DNA from: a virus
Taxonomy: Duplodnaviria > Caudoviricetes
IMG/VR virus record: IMGVR_UViG_3300037483_000760
Coordinates: 1,799 to 65,798 of that record
Direction: 5' to 3' (one strand)
Length of the DNA: 64,000 nt
This document shows positions 36,733-45,441 of this stretch, in pieces (positions within the stretch are counted from its first letter, which is position 1; the number at the start of each line of letters is the position of its first letter). The notes beneath the pieces are model-generated. The model saw nothing but the letters and a program-made list of their open reading frames with translations. It ran no database searches and was not told the origin of the DNA. A program made the position numbers and the translations under genes.

Positions 36733-37131
36733 TCAGAGGGTGAACACTGTTTCGCTGCTTTCATCGGAAGGCGTTCGGAAATAGTCCCATCGCCCGTCTT
36801 TTCCCTTACGGACGTAAAACATGCCGGAACCACTCGATGTGCATTCGCGCACGAGCTTGTGGCAGGCGTCGCGGTCACGCTCGTAAAGATCAAGTAGTTG
36901 TTGCCAATGATCCGCAAGCCGCTTCCACGGTCCCGAAACGGAGGCCAAGAGTGCCAACCCGTTTTTCGTTTCCGGCTCCGTATTCCAGAGAAAGACACAT
37001 CGGCTAAAATCATCGACGTCGTGGGGAAAATGTGGCGATTGATCGCCCACAACTCCCAACGTCGCAGCTGCCAGCGCCGAACTCGATAAGCCGACGTGTC
37101 GCGAGGCAAGCCAGATGCCGATCCCTCTCAC
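36733..37131 (-). CDS. Hypothetical protein
   Basis: 132 aa; GGAGG-like RBS. Confidence 0.6.
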   Translation of the reverse strand: MRGIGIWLASRHVGLSSSALAAATLGVVGDQSPHFPHDVDDFSRCVFLWNTEPETKNGLALLASVSGPWKRLADHWQQLLDLYERDRDACHKLVRECTSSGSGMFYVRKGKDGRWDYFRTPSDESSETVFTL

Positions 37132-37611
37132 CCCACCCTCCCCTCTTGTGCATCGGCGCGCCGGCGGATCGAGAGTCCAAACGATCCATGCGGTGTCGCT
37201 CGCATCGGCTTTCCGGCGCGCCGCGCAATCAAAGTCTGCTCAATGCAGACGTGCCGGGGCTTTTCTCCGGCTACGCCGTAAGCTGCTTCCAGGTCATGGG
37301 ACGGACTCGCGTTGACGTTGGAGGTGAAGGCTCCGGCGCGGCTGGAAGCCCTTGCAGGCTCACCCCCTCCACTGCGGAAGGGAGCGTGCAATCGCCGCGC
37401 CGAACTCTGGATGGTTTCTCGCGGGCCGGGCTCGAAACCGGCTCCCCTCGCGCACCTTCGCTTGGGGTCGCTCGCCGCTCCGCTCAAGCAGGTGCCGCCG
37501 CCATGCGGTTGGAGCGCGTTTCCTTCAACGTCGCCGCGAGAACTGTGTTCACACCCCCACGGACACCCGTAATGAAAGCAGTAGTCGGGATGGGTGCAGA
37601 GGGTGGGGGAA

Positions 37612-37947
37612 TTATCTAGCGCGCGCGAGCAACCGTTCGCATGCGCGGTGTGTCCGTTTCCAGATACGCCGTTCCATCCAGATGATGAGAATGTCGATGG
37701 AAACAAACTTCGGTTTGCTTCGGCCGATAAGCCGGTAAAATTCGACGTCGGACATTTCGCCTTTGACGCGGTTGCAGCGTCGACATGCGGCCCCGATGTT
37801 ATATCGGTCGCATGAGCCGCCACGCGAGACCGGCCAACGATGATCGGCTGTTGCCTTTCGATAAGTGAGCGGAGCGTGGCAGTAGGCACATTGGAAGCCT
37901 TGTTCGACCAATGCCTGATTCCGATGAACAACGATTGCGTGAACCAT
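37612..37947 (-). CDS. HNH endonuclease
   Basis: CAYC...ATADHRWPVSRGG...NIGAACRRCNRVKG. Confidence 0.85.
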   Translation of the reverse strand: MVHAIVVHRNQALVEQGFQCAYCHAPLTYRKATADHRWPVSRGGSCDRYNIGAACRRCNRVKGEMSDVEFYRLIGRSKPKFVSIDILIIWMERRIWKRTHRACERLLARAR

Positions 37948-37950
37948 GTG

Positions 37951-38175
37951 CTATTCGAGGGCCTCGTTGACGATGGCGGCAATGCATCGCGCCGAAGGCT
38001 TGCGCTCGCCGTCGATGTAGAGCCGCGCGGCGCGCTCGGTGCAGCCGATGCGCTGCGAAAGATTGAGTGCCGGTTTGATCGGCCATAGCGCCTGAACAAT
38101 TGTTCCGAATTTGCACGGCTGTTCAGATTGAACGCTTGCGGGCGCAAGCGCCGTCGACTCTGATTCGCACAACAT
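37951..38175 (-). CDS. Small HTH protein (cII-position)
   Basis: KPALNLSQRIGCTERAARLYIDGERKPS. Lies downstream of the Cro-like gene. Confidence 0.55.
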   Translation of the reverse strand: MLCESESTALAPASVQSEQPCKFGTIVQALWPIKPALNLSQRIGCTERAARLYIDGERKPSARCIAAIVNEALE

Positions 38176-38486
38176 GATTGATCTCCATACGCACAACAAA
38201 GAACTGGAGCTTCGCCGCGCTCACCCTTCCCCCGGGTGGTGCTGGCGACACGCGGGCCGGCGGCGGCAGCAACGGCGTTGGCGTAACCGGCCGCCGGCCC
38301 GCACAGGAATTCCATCTTGCAAGGGGAAAATGTACCCGGAACACACCACTGCACCGCATTGGTGGAACTTTCCCCGGAATGCACCGCAGGCGTGTTCAAC
38401 AGAACGTGAACAAACGATTTATGCTTTTTCGCCGGTAGAAAAAGCGCAAGATGTTCCCCTTGTGATTGTATCAAGGGGTAATTGTC

Positions 38487-38819
38487 ATGGGTCAGCAGTG
38501 GATCGTCCCGCCGGACGCCAACACCATCGAGCCCGCCATCGCACCCGTTGTCTATTCCAACGGCAGGAGCGCCGTCGAATGGCTGGGCAACGGGGATGTC
38601 TGCTTCTACCTGACCCAAACGCAGTTGCCGCTGGAGTACGGTCCCGGCCCGCCGCAGTCGGTCGTCGTCGCGCGGATCATCAAACCGCTCGCGGACCTGC
38701 CGCTGGTCATGGTCTCGATCTCGCGTTGTCTCGAATGGCACCTGTGCCGGCATGGGCCGGTGTGCCCCGCCCGCCCGCCGCCGCTCGGGAGCCGTCCCTT
38801 TCGCGTGGTGTCGAGTTAG
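38487..38819 (+). CDS. Hypothetical protein convergent with the Cro-like gene
   Basis: About 110 aa; AAGGGG RBS-like sequence upstream. Confidence 0.5.
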   Translation: MGQQWIVPPDANTIEPAIAPVVYSNGRSAVEWLGNGDVCFYLTQTQLPLEYGPGPPQSVVVARIIKPLADLPLVMVSISRCLEWHLCRHGPVCPARPPPLGSRPFRVVSS

Positions 38820-38824
38820 GGCGG

Positions 38825-39043
38825 TCATTCGGCGGGCTCCGCAGGCGCGGTGGCACCCTCTGATGCAGCCGTTATCGCTGCTACCTCTCGCTCGATCATC
38901 TTCCGCGCCGGGCCGCGCTCGGGCGGTCCATCCGTTTCCCATCGGTGCACGGTGCTTTGATCGACGCCGAATCGCGCGCCGAACGCCGCCTGGCTTTCGC
39001 GCACGGCCTCACGGGCCTTTTTGATGTCGGCAGCGCAAAACAT
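38825..39043 (-). CDS. cro: Cro-like HTH regulator
   Basis: IKKAREAVRESQAAFGARFGVDQSTVHRWE. Divergent from the CI-like gene. Confidence 0.75.
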   Translation of the reverse strand: MFCAADIKKAREAVRESQAAFGARFGVDQSTVHRWETDGPPERGPARKMIEREVAAITAASEGATAPAEPAE

Positions 39044-39045
39044 GG

Positions 39046-39111
39046 ATGCATTATGCATAACGCATAAACCCGGTCAATGCCTTTTGCATATGTCCACAAT
39101 GCAGAATGCAT
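39046..39111. promoter_or_regulatory. Operator cluster (4 x ATGC-N5-GCAT) over the Cro promoter
   Basis: Sites at 39046-58, 39053-65, 39077-89 and 39099-111. The minus-strand promoter reads TTGACC-N16-CATAAT (39077 to 39050). Confidence 0.8.
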
Positions 39112-39113
39112 TC

Positions 39114-39431
39114 ATGAACACGGACGAAGAACTCGGCCTCCGGCTGCGGAGGGCCAGAGAGGCTAAGGGCCTAGAGCCCAAGGAAGCCGCTGGGCGGCTC
39201 CGGCTGGCGTATTCGACGCTGATGAACCACGAGGCCGGGCATCGCGGCGCACGGCGACGGCTGACCGATTATGCCCGCATTTATGGGGTAAACCTCATGT
39301 GGCTGGCCTCTGGGACGGGGCCAATGAAGGGAAATGACCCCCTTTTGGCTGATATCCAAGCCCTTGAGCCCAGGGACCGCGAGACGGTCCATATACTCGT
39401 CGAATCCCTCAAAACCAGAAAAACACCCTGA
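39114..39431 (+). CDS. cI: CI-like repressor (XRE HTH, no peptidase domain)
   Basis: RLRRAREAKGL...AAGRL...YSTLMNHEAG.R...YARIYGVNLMWLASG.G. Start may be 39090-39114. Confidence 0.75.
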   Translation: MNTDEELGLRLRRAREAKGLEPKEAAGRLRLAYSTLMNHEAGHRGARRRLTDYARIYGVNLMWLASGTGPMKGNDPLLADIQALEPRDRETVHILVESLKTRKTP

Positions 39432-39479
39432 TCTAAAACCCGCCGATTATGCCCGCCAAAGACGGTGTGGGCAGCATTT

Positions 39480-39519
39480 ATGCATTTTGCATTGACACGT
39501 TCTATGCGATATGCATAAT
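39480..39519 (+). promoter_or_regulatory. Early rightward promoter with two operators
   Basis: TTGACA (39492-97)-N16-CATAAT (39514-19), overlapped by ATGCATTTTGCAT (39480-92) and ATGCGATATGCAT (39504-16). Confidence 0.8.
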
Positions 39520-39544
39520 CCCTCCATCGAACAGCCGAGAGGCA

Positions 39545-40102
39545 ATGGAGGGGAAGATGCACTTGTTCACTCCTGTTTATGACGAGCGGAGCGGTCGGTA
39601 CTGCGGCCCGACGGCGATGTGCGCCGTTACCGGGCTTCAGCTATCGGAAGTCAAAGCCGCGATCCGCCAAGCCTCGGGAAAAATCACCGACGCAGCAGGC
39701 CGCGCGCATCGCATATCCGGTGTTGCCAATAAAGACTTGCTCGCCGCCATGTCACTATGCGGCTGGCATGTCTGTGAGACGCAGGAATATCCGCGCGGTC
39801 GCATGGAGATCGATCGGAGTACCGAACGACCGGATGGCAGTTTCGGCAAGTTCAAGCGCCCGGATGGATGGAAGCCATACACTTTTGATGTTTTCCTTCG
39901 GGAACGCGGAGATGATGGGCCGTTCATTGTCAATGTGACCGGCCACTATCTGGCAGCCGGTTGGGGCGAAGTCATTGACCCGTTCAATCCGATCGGGGTC
40001 GATATCGAGAAGTACCTTGCGCGGAAATGGGGCAAAGGCAAGCGCGGCCGATATCAGCACGCGCACGTTCAATGTTGGTGGAAATTCGAACAAGCCGCCT
40101 GA
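39545..40102 (+). CDS. Hypothetical protein with papain/C39-like Cys...His residues
   Basis: YCGPTAM near the N-terminus and IVNVTGHYLA near the C-terminus. Confidence 0.55.
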   Translation: MEGKMHLFTPVYDERSGRYCGPTAMCAVTGLQLSEVKAAIRQASGKITDAAGRAHRISGVANKDLLAAMSLCGWHVCETQEYPRGRMEIDRSTERPDGSFGKFKRPDGWKPYTFDVFLRERGDDGPFIVNVTGHYLAAGWGEVIDPFNPIGVDIEKYLARKWGKGKRGRYQHAHVQCWWKFEQAA

Positions 40103-40373
40103 CCATCGCAGCGCCGCTCCCGGGCGGCACAGACGTTTAGATTTGAGGGAGAGGGAGATGGGCAAAAGCACCCGATTGGCTTCAAAAACTTTACCCAACG
40201 CCATGGCGCGTTGAGCCACGAGGCAGTCGATCCATGATCGTTGCCAAGGACGGAACGATGTTCGCCAACGGTATGAACAATGAGAAGGCAGCCCTCATCG
40301 TGCTCGCCGTGAATGCTCTTGCAAGGCAATCCGCCGCCTAACCCATCCACGGCATTCGGGGGAGAGAGAAACG

Positions 40374-40598
40374 ATGGTGCTCAAGGACGAACACATCGGT
40401 AAGGCGGCGAGAGACGGGTTTATAGCTGCTCAAGATCAAGACGAGCGATCTCGCTTCGAGCCTTGGGATTCTCTCGGCACCTACATGAAGAAGGCATGGA
40501 TAAGGGCAGGGAGCGCAGCCATCGCCAAGGCCGCATCTTTATCGCCCGGATCACCAGTGGTGAACCAGCCGAGCAACGCGGAGAGCGTTGTCCCATGA
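40374..40598 (+). CDS. Hypothetical protein
   Basis: 74 aa; GAGAG RBS. Confidence 0.5.
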   Translation: MVLKDEHIGKAARDGFIAAQDQDERSRFEPWDSLGTYMKKAWIRAGSAAIAKAASLSPGSPVVNQPSNAESVVP

Positions 40599-40798
40599 AT
40601 CATCTTCCCGCCGCCACCCGTCCCTCCTCCCCGTGCCCAGGCGGCGGCAACGCGCCGTGCCCATCCTTTCGTTTGCCTCAACGCAAGGACAGTGCCACGG
40701 CGCGAACTGTTTATCTGTTGATCGATGGTGTGCTGTTGCTCGCGATCGGTTCGGTCATCGGTGCGAGCCTGCATACGCTTCTAGCGATGGTGGGGTGA
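40595..40798 (+). CDS. Small membrane protein
   Basis: C-terminal TM helix; coupled. Confidence 0.4.
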   Translation: MNHLPAATRPSSPCPGGGNAPCPSFRLPQRKDSATARTVYLLIDGVLLLAIGSVIGASLHTLLAMVG

Positions 40799-40799
40799 G

Positions 40800-41222
40800 A
40801 TGGTCGATCTCGTCGGCACCTGCCCGAAAGATTTCTGGCTCGAATGGATCGCGGAAGGCGACGCCGCCGGCGAGCCCGAAACGGGCGAGGAATGGGGCTG
40901 GTATAGCCGACATTCCTATAAATCGCTGATCCGGCCCGCCGACCGCTTCTATGTCGTCGCGCACGGGCGGCTACGCGGTTACGCAATAGTCACGGTCGCG
41001 CCCGGCCATAGTGGTGGACCCATCTGCCGCAAGGGCGGCGCGGTCGCGTGCACGATCGACGAGCCGATTCCCGGTTTCCGTGGGCTGCGCAAACGATGGT
41101 GGCAGCGACATGATGAACGGCCCTTCCCCGAGTGGAAGACGTCCGGCGTTCAAATGGGTCGACCTAAAATCATCAAGGCCAAGTCAGCCGATCTTTTGTC
41201 CGGTGTGGAGCGGCGATCATGA
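40800..41222 (+). CDS. Hypothetical protein
   Basis: 140 aa, Trp-rich, coupled. Confidence 0.6.
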   Translation: MVDLVGTCPKDFWLEWIAEGDAAGEPETGEEWGWYSRHSYKSLIRPADRFYVVAHGRLRGYAIVTVAPGHSGGPICRKGGAVACTIDEPIPGFRGLRKRWWQRHDERPFPEWKTSGVQMGRPKIIKAKSADLLSGVERRS

Positions 41223-41818
41223 TCGATGCCGCCGCGCACGCCATCATGTTTCAGTCAGTGAGTGAGGGAGTCCACGTCATGAGTATCTATTCGGAATGGC
41301 ACAGCGCTTGTCGATCGATGGATTCAATCGAAGAGCAGCGCACCAAACGCGACAGCAACACGCCTTTCATGCGCCGGATCGAGCCGGCGAAAGCCGAGCC
41401 CGAGGAACTACCCTTGATGCAGCAACTCGCCGTCCTGCAGATGATGAACTCGACACTGGCGCGCGGCGTCGCCAAGCGCCTTGCATCCGTCAACGATTGC
41501 CAGGACCGGCCCTCGCATTTCGATTATTGCGCCCTGGTCGCACACGGGCTCGCCTACAAGGCCGAGGACGATCGCTGGCACACACTGACGGTCGAGGGTT
41601 GGGCCTACGCCCGCGCCATGCTCACGCGCCTGTGCCAAATCAACGACATCCACATCATGCAGAACACAACCGGCAAGGGCTGCACCTATTTCAAATGCAG
41701 TTGCGGGCAATGGTCGACGATCCTCTATGGATCGCCCGGGATGCATCAGTTTCGTCGCGCGCATAACGGGTGGATGAAGCATGTGCCGGTTGAATGCAAA
41801 AGGGCGGAGCGGGCGTGA
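41219..41818 (+). CDS. Hypothetical protein
   Basis: Up to 199 aa, with C-terminal CSCG...H..H. Confidence 0.5.
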   Translation: MIDAAAHAIMFQSVSEGVHVMSIYSEWHSACRSMDSIEEQRTKRDSNTPFMRRIEPAKAEPEELPLMQQLAVLQMMNSTLARGVAKRLASVNDCQDRPSHFDYCALVAHGLAYKAEDDRWHTLTVEGWAYARAMLTRLCQINDIHIMQNTTGKGCTYFKCSCGQWSTILYGSPGMHQFRRAHNGWMKHVPVECKRAERA

Positions 41819-41853
41819 TATAGTCTCAATGCACAACAGCCGGAGAGTTTCAA

Positions 41854-42093
41854 ATGCTTTGGGATCACGAGGTCAAAGAAGCGCGCAAGAACCGCAGGCT
41901 GCTAACTCTGCGGGGCGATAATGGCTATCGCGAGGATGCACACTTCATTCTGAAGCCGAATGGGTCGCTCTATATCTGGATTGATGGTGGAGAAGGCGGA
42001 GATACCGAGTGTGGATTTTACGGAATTGAGGCTGACCGAACCTTTGCCCCTGAAGAGGTCGAGCAGCTTCGCAAATTTCTGAAAGCAAAATAG
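41854..42093 (+). CDS. Hypothetical protein
   Basis: 79 aa; GGAGAG RBS. Confidence 0.55.
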   Translation: MLWDHEVKEARKNRRLLTLRGDNGYREDAHFILKPNGSLYIWIDGGEGGDTECGFYGIEADRTFAPEEVEQLRKFLKAK

Positions 42094-42097
42094 CGCC

Positions 42098-42283
42098 ATG
42101 CCCAACCCCACACCCACAGACGACATCGACGACTGCACCGAAGCTTACGGCGACACACTGACTTTCGATCTTTCAGAAATGGAAGCCGAGCTTTGCGACA
42201 AGAGCCCGAGTGGTCAATGCGAGTACAGCATGGCCAGTGAATTCAAACGCTGCATTCACTGCGGCAGGGAGAGTGAACTTTAG
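42098..42283 (+). CDS. Small acidic Cys-containing protein
   Basis: 61 aa, C..C..CIHC. Confidence 0.45.
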   Translation: MPNPTPTDDIDDCTEAYGDTLTFDLSEMEAELCDKSPSGQCEYSMASEFKRCIHCGRESEL

Positions 42284-42294
42284 AGGGAGGCACG

Positions 42295-42585
42295 ATGTAT
42301 AGCCTTGTCAATGTCCCGACAGCAGCGAGCGGCGTCGAAATCAAAGGCGTCGTCGAAGGCGATCACATTCTCATTATCGCCGCCGAAAAAGGATCGAAGT
42401 GGAGAGACGGTCATTCCGTCATGATGGCCGACACGTGGCTTGGCGAGCATGTGCTTTCGGCCCCTGAATTCCTTCGCCAGAAATATGCGGACGATCTCGC
42501 GACCGCGATCAGAATGGGGCGCGACGCCGGCTACGCACAGGCGCTCGCTGATATCCGCCATCTTCTCGGGATCAAGAACCAATGA
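42295..42585 (+). CDS. Hypothetical protein
   Basis: 96 aa; GGAGG RBS. Confidence 0.6.
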   Translation: MYSLVNVPTAASGVEIKGVVEGDHILIIAAEKGSKWRDGHSVMMADTWLGEHVLSAPEFLRQKYADDLATAIRMGRDAGYAQALADIRHLLGIKNQ

Positions 42586-43037
42586 CCGATACCGCCGGCA
42601 GCAAACTCCGACCACATGGCCCTGCCGGCGCACTTGAGCCGCAGCCCTTCTTCCTTGCGGAGATGGCTGCGGCTCTTTTGCCTCATCCAATTTCCCGCAA
42701 GGCTTTGAATGCCAGGATTCATCGCGAACGCAGGTCGCAGCGTAAGACGGAATTCTTGCGTCGGCACCGAGCCGGCCGCACGGGTCTACAGAAGATCAAG
42801 CCGACGTTGCGCGCGGGTCTTCTCGTCCTCCTTGAGGAAGGCACGCTGCAATTTGGTTTGCACAAATGGACCAGTCCGGCCGGACGCGCGGTTGATTTCC
42901 GCGTTGTCATGGCGATGCATGATCGAATCTTCATTCGATTCCGCAGCACCAAGGGACGCCGCAAGCATTACTTTGCGGTACTCACCGAAGCCGGCGAGCG
43001 CTTTGCTCGGGATTTGAAACGTGAGGCGGCGTCATGA
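42582..43037 (+). CDS. Hypothetical basic protein
   Basis: 151-aa coupled ORF. Confidence 0.5.
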   Translation: MTDTAGSKLRPHGPAGALEPQPFFLAEMAAALLPHPISRKALNARIHRERRSQRKTEFLRRHRAGRTGLQKIKPTLRAGLLVLLEEGTLQFGLHKWTSPAGRAVDFRVVMAMHDRIFIRFRSTKGRRKHYFAVLTEAGERFARDLKREAAS

Positions 43038-43444
43038 AACACACCCGCCACAACTTCACCCTCGACACCAAGCGCCAAGCCTACGAGCGCGCGAAGGTGG
43101 ACGGCGTGGCGATATGCGAATGCCATCTCATCCCGCATGTTTTTTCAAATCCCTGCGGACTACCGCTCACCGAAGGAAACATCTTCTACGAGCACGTCAT
43201 TCCCGACCGCGTAAGCAAGCGCAACGATCTCGACAATTGTGCCGCGCTGACCAAGACATGCTGGAAGATCAAGACCGCGACCTACGATCAACGCACCGTC
43301 GCCCGCGTGCGCAAGCGCGAAGATCGCTCCCGCGGAATTCGTCCGGCGCCGACGCTGCCGGGATCACGCCGCGACCCGTTCAAGAAAACCATGGCCGGAA
43401 AGGTAGTAGACCGCCGGACCGGCGAGCCCTGGCGTGGTTGGTGA
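43034..43444 (+). CDS. HNH-like endonuclease
   Basis: CECH...EHVIP...NDLDNC..L...C.KIKT...D...ARVRKR pattern of phage HNH proteins. Confidence 0.65.
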   Translation: MKHTRHNFTLDTKRQAYERAKVDGVAICECHLIPHVFSNPCGLPLTEGNIFYEHVIPDRVSKRNDLDNCAALTKTCWKIKTATYDQRTVARVRKREDRSRGIRPAPTLPGSRRDPFKKTMAGKVVDRRTGEPWRGW

Positions 43445-43468
43445 TGACGACTGATTAGCATAAGCCGA

Positions 43469-43711
43469 ATGGAGGCGCGCATGATTGACCTTATGACCTT
43501 CAAAGCTGGGCAGACTCTTAGGCCTCTCCCGAGCCGAAAGGGCAGTTGGATGCCTGATGAAATTGAGATTGTAGAAGTAAAAGATCACGGTCGCGTCATT
43601 CCCGGCGTTAGCCATCGTTACAGCGTCAAGGCAGCAAATGGTCACTGGTATTCCGGATGGTGGTTCGATCCCGACGCTGAAGCGGTGTGGGACGATTGTG
43701 ATCCCTACTAA
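43469..43711 (+). CDS. Hypothetical protein
   Basis: About 80 aa. Confidence 0.5.
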   Translation: MEARMIDLMTFKAGQTLRPLPSRKGSWMPDEIEIVEVKDHGRVIPGVSHRYSVKAANGHWYSGWWFDPDAEAVWDDCDPY

Positions 43712-43748
43712 CGCCCGATGACCATCATACTCTGAGAGGAGCAACCAA

Positions 43749-44150
43749 ATGTCCAACCGAACCCTAAAACAATCCTCCGCGCTCGCAGAGTTGCGCATAG
43801 CGCACGAGGCACAAATCGAAGCCCTGACCGCGCCGGGGCTTACGGACGAGGAGCGCGTGCGCCGGTTCGGGGAGGCGGCGGGCTTTCGCGAATACGACAT
43901 GACGGATGCCTTGACGTGGCTTGGCTTGGACAAAAGCCCACCCAGTTCCGTGTGGTCCTACGGACAATACGAACGCAGCCTGTTCGCTGACCTTCCAGGC
44001 TGTGCTTGCCCTGTCATTGAGAACAGAGCGGGCCGCGCCTCCTATCCCGGCATTCCATCTCACATTCCCCGTGACTGGCAGCCTGACCGCGCGACGCTTG
44101 AATGCTTCGCCCGTGTGCAGCAAGAGGCGAGATTTCCGAACGCACGATGA
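43749..44150 (+). CDS. Hypothetical protein
   Basis: 133 aa; GAGGAG RBS. Confidence 0.55.
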   Translation: MSNRTLKQSSALAELRIAHEAQIEALTAPGLTDEERVRRFGEAAGFREYDMTDALTWLGLDKSPPSSVWSYGQYERSLFADLPGCACPVIENRAGRASYPGIPSHIPRDWQPDRATLECFARVQQEARFPNAR

Positions 44151-44184
44151 TGACAGCCCATTAGGAAACACGACGAGGACCGTA

Positions 44185-44694
44185 ATGCAGCAGACCATGA
44201 TCGAGCGGTACGTCGTCCGAAAGGACCATGAGTGGGCCATTTTCTATATCGACGAGGAAATGGGCTCATTCGTGTGCCAATCGTCCTACGGAACCTATGC
44301 CAACATCTGGAGACACATTGGCGACCGGACGCTCAAGCAATTCCTGGCCGGGCTAAACTTCGACTACTTCATGGGCAAGGCGCGACCGGACTATCAGCGC
44401 TTTGATCGAGACAAGTCGGTTGAGAACGTCAAGGATGCGATCATCCAGTGCCGCCGCCGTGGCGACTGCGACCGCGAAACAGCCCGCCACGCTTGGGACG
44501 ACATCGAGGTCAACGACAATGATAACGGAGTCCGGTTTTGCGACGAAGTTGCCCGCTCGGATGACCTGCTGAAAATTCTCGGCAGCGAATATTACGAATA
44601 CGCGAGGGAGAGCGCCGATGGCGATAGTCGGCACTTTTGGAAGGTGATCTGGCCCGAGTTCGTCAAGAAGATTGACGTACGGCAGGCCGCCTAA
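44185..44694 (+). CDS. Conserved phage hypothetical protein
   Basis: SSYGTYANIW.HIG...KQFLA..N.DY.M.K; GAGGA RBS. Confidence 0.65.
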   Translation: MQQTMIERYVVRKDHEWAIFYIDEEMGSFVCQSSYGTYANIWRHIGDRTLKQFLAGLNFDYFMGKARPDYQRFDRDKSVENVKDAIIQCRRRGDCDRETARHAWDDIEVNDNDNGVRFCDEVARSDDLLKILGSEYYEYARESADGDSRHFWKVIWPEFVKKIDVRQAA

Positions 44695-44750
44695 TCGAAC
44701 GGCACTAACCAGCCCTAACCAAACACCAAAGTGACAATCGAACAACATCA

Positions 44751-45131
44751 ATGACCAGTTTTTGCCCAGCAACTATGTGCCCTCTTTTCGCGAAAGACGG
44801 CTCGCCGTGGACCGACGACAAAGATTCAAAGTGCCCGAGAGCCAGACCGCTTCCTGGCATCCCCGGCGGGGGTTGCGGATGGTGGAAAGGCTTCGGCGGT
44901 TGCGGCTGCGATGGCATGACGGCGGCACGGCATCAAGTCAAAGAAGTTGCCCGCACAGGGCACACTTTACAGATTGGGCCAGTTCGGCAAAAGCGTGAAC
45001 GCGCAGCCCCGCGTCATTTCGATTGCGATCGTGCGCATGAATGTCAGTGGCAGATCGAATCTGGTGACGGGTTATGCCCACCTCGACTTGCTCTATCAAA
45101 GGGCCTTGATCCTAAAGTATGCGCGTATTGA
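44751..45131 (+). CDS. Cys-rich hypothetical protein
   Basis: Ten or more Cys in 126 aa. Confidence 0.55.
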   Translation: MTSFCPATMCPLFAKDGSPWTDDKDSKCPRARPLPGIPGGGCGWWKGFGGCGCDGMTAARHQVKEVARTGHTLQIGPVRQKRERAAPRHFDCDRAHECQWQIESGDGLCPPRLALSKGLDPKVCAY

Positions 45132-45178
45132 ATGGCACTAACAGTTGATGACCATCTAACTCTTGGAGGCTAGCAGCA

Positions 45179-45391
45179 ATGGAGCATAACAAAGATTGGA
45201 TGATGGCTAAACCAGCCGCCGTGAACGATGCGTGGTACGTTACTATTCACGGTGCGCAGGTGTCAGAGATAGCAGATGTGGTCAAACTATTTTGGCCCGA
45301 AGGCCGAGCCATCGCCGTGCCGAGTAAAATGGTTCTCATGACAGTAGCCGCGTTTGCCGACTTGCACCACCGCGCCAGCCGAGCGATCTAG
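45179..45391 (+). CDS. Hypothetical protein
   Basis: 70 aa; GGAGG RBS. Confidence 0.5.
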   Translation: MEHNKDWMMAKPAAVNDAWYVTIHGAQVSEIADVVKLFWPEGRAIAVPSKMVLMTVAAFADLHHRASRAI

Positions 45392-45441
45392 CCCGCAAAA
45401 ACACACGATGATGATGAGACATTAACAAGGACCAAAATCGA

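Noticed and set aside
37128-38942. 604-aa minus-strand ORF
   Set aside because: Low-complexity Arg/Ala/Ser composition with no motifs. It overlaps credible HNH, cII-like and Cro genes in other frames, so it is a GC-rich shadow ORF.
43921-44184. Upstream extension of the 257-aa ORF (TTG start)
   Set aside because: It overlaps the preceding gene; an RBS-supported ATG at 44185 is more plausible.
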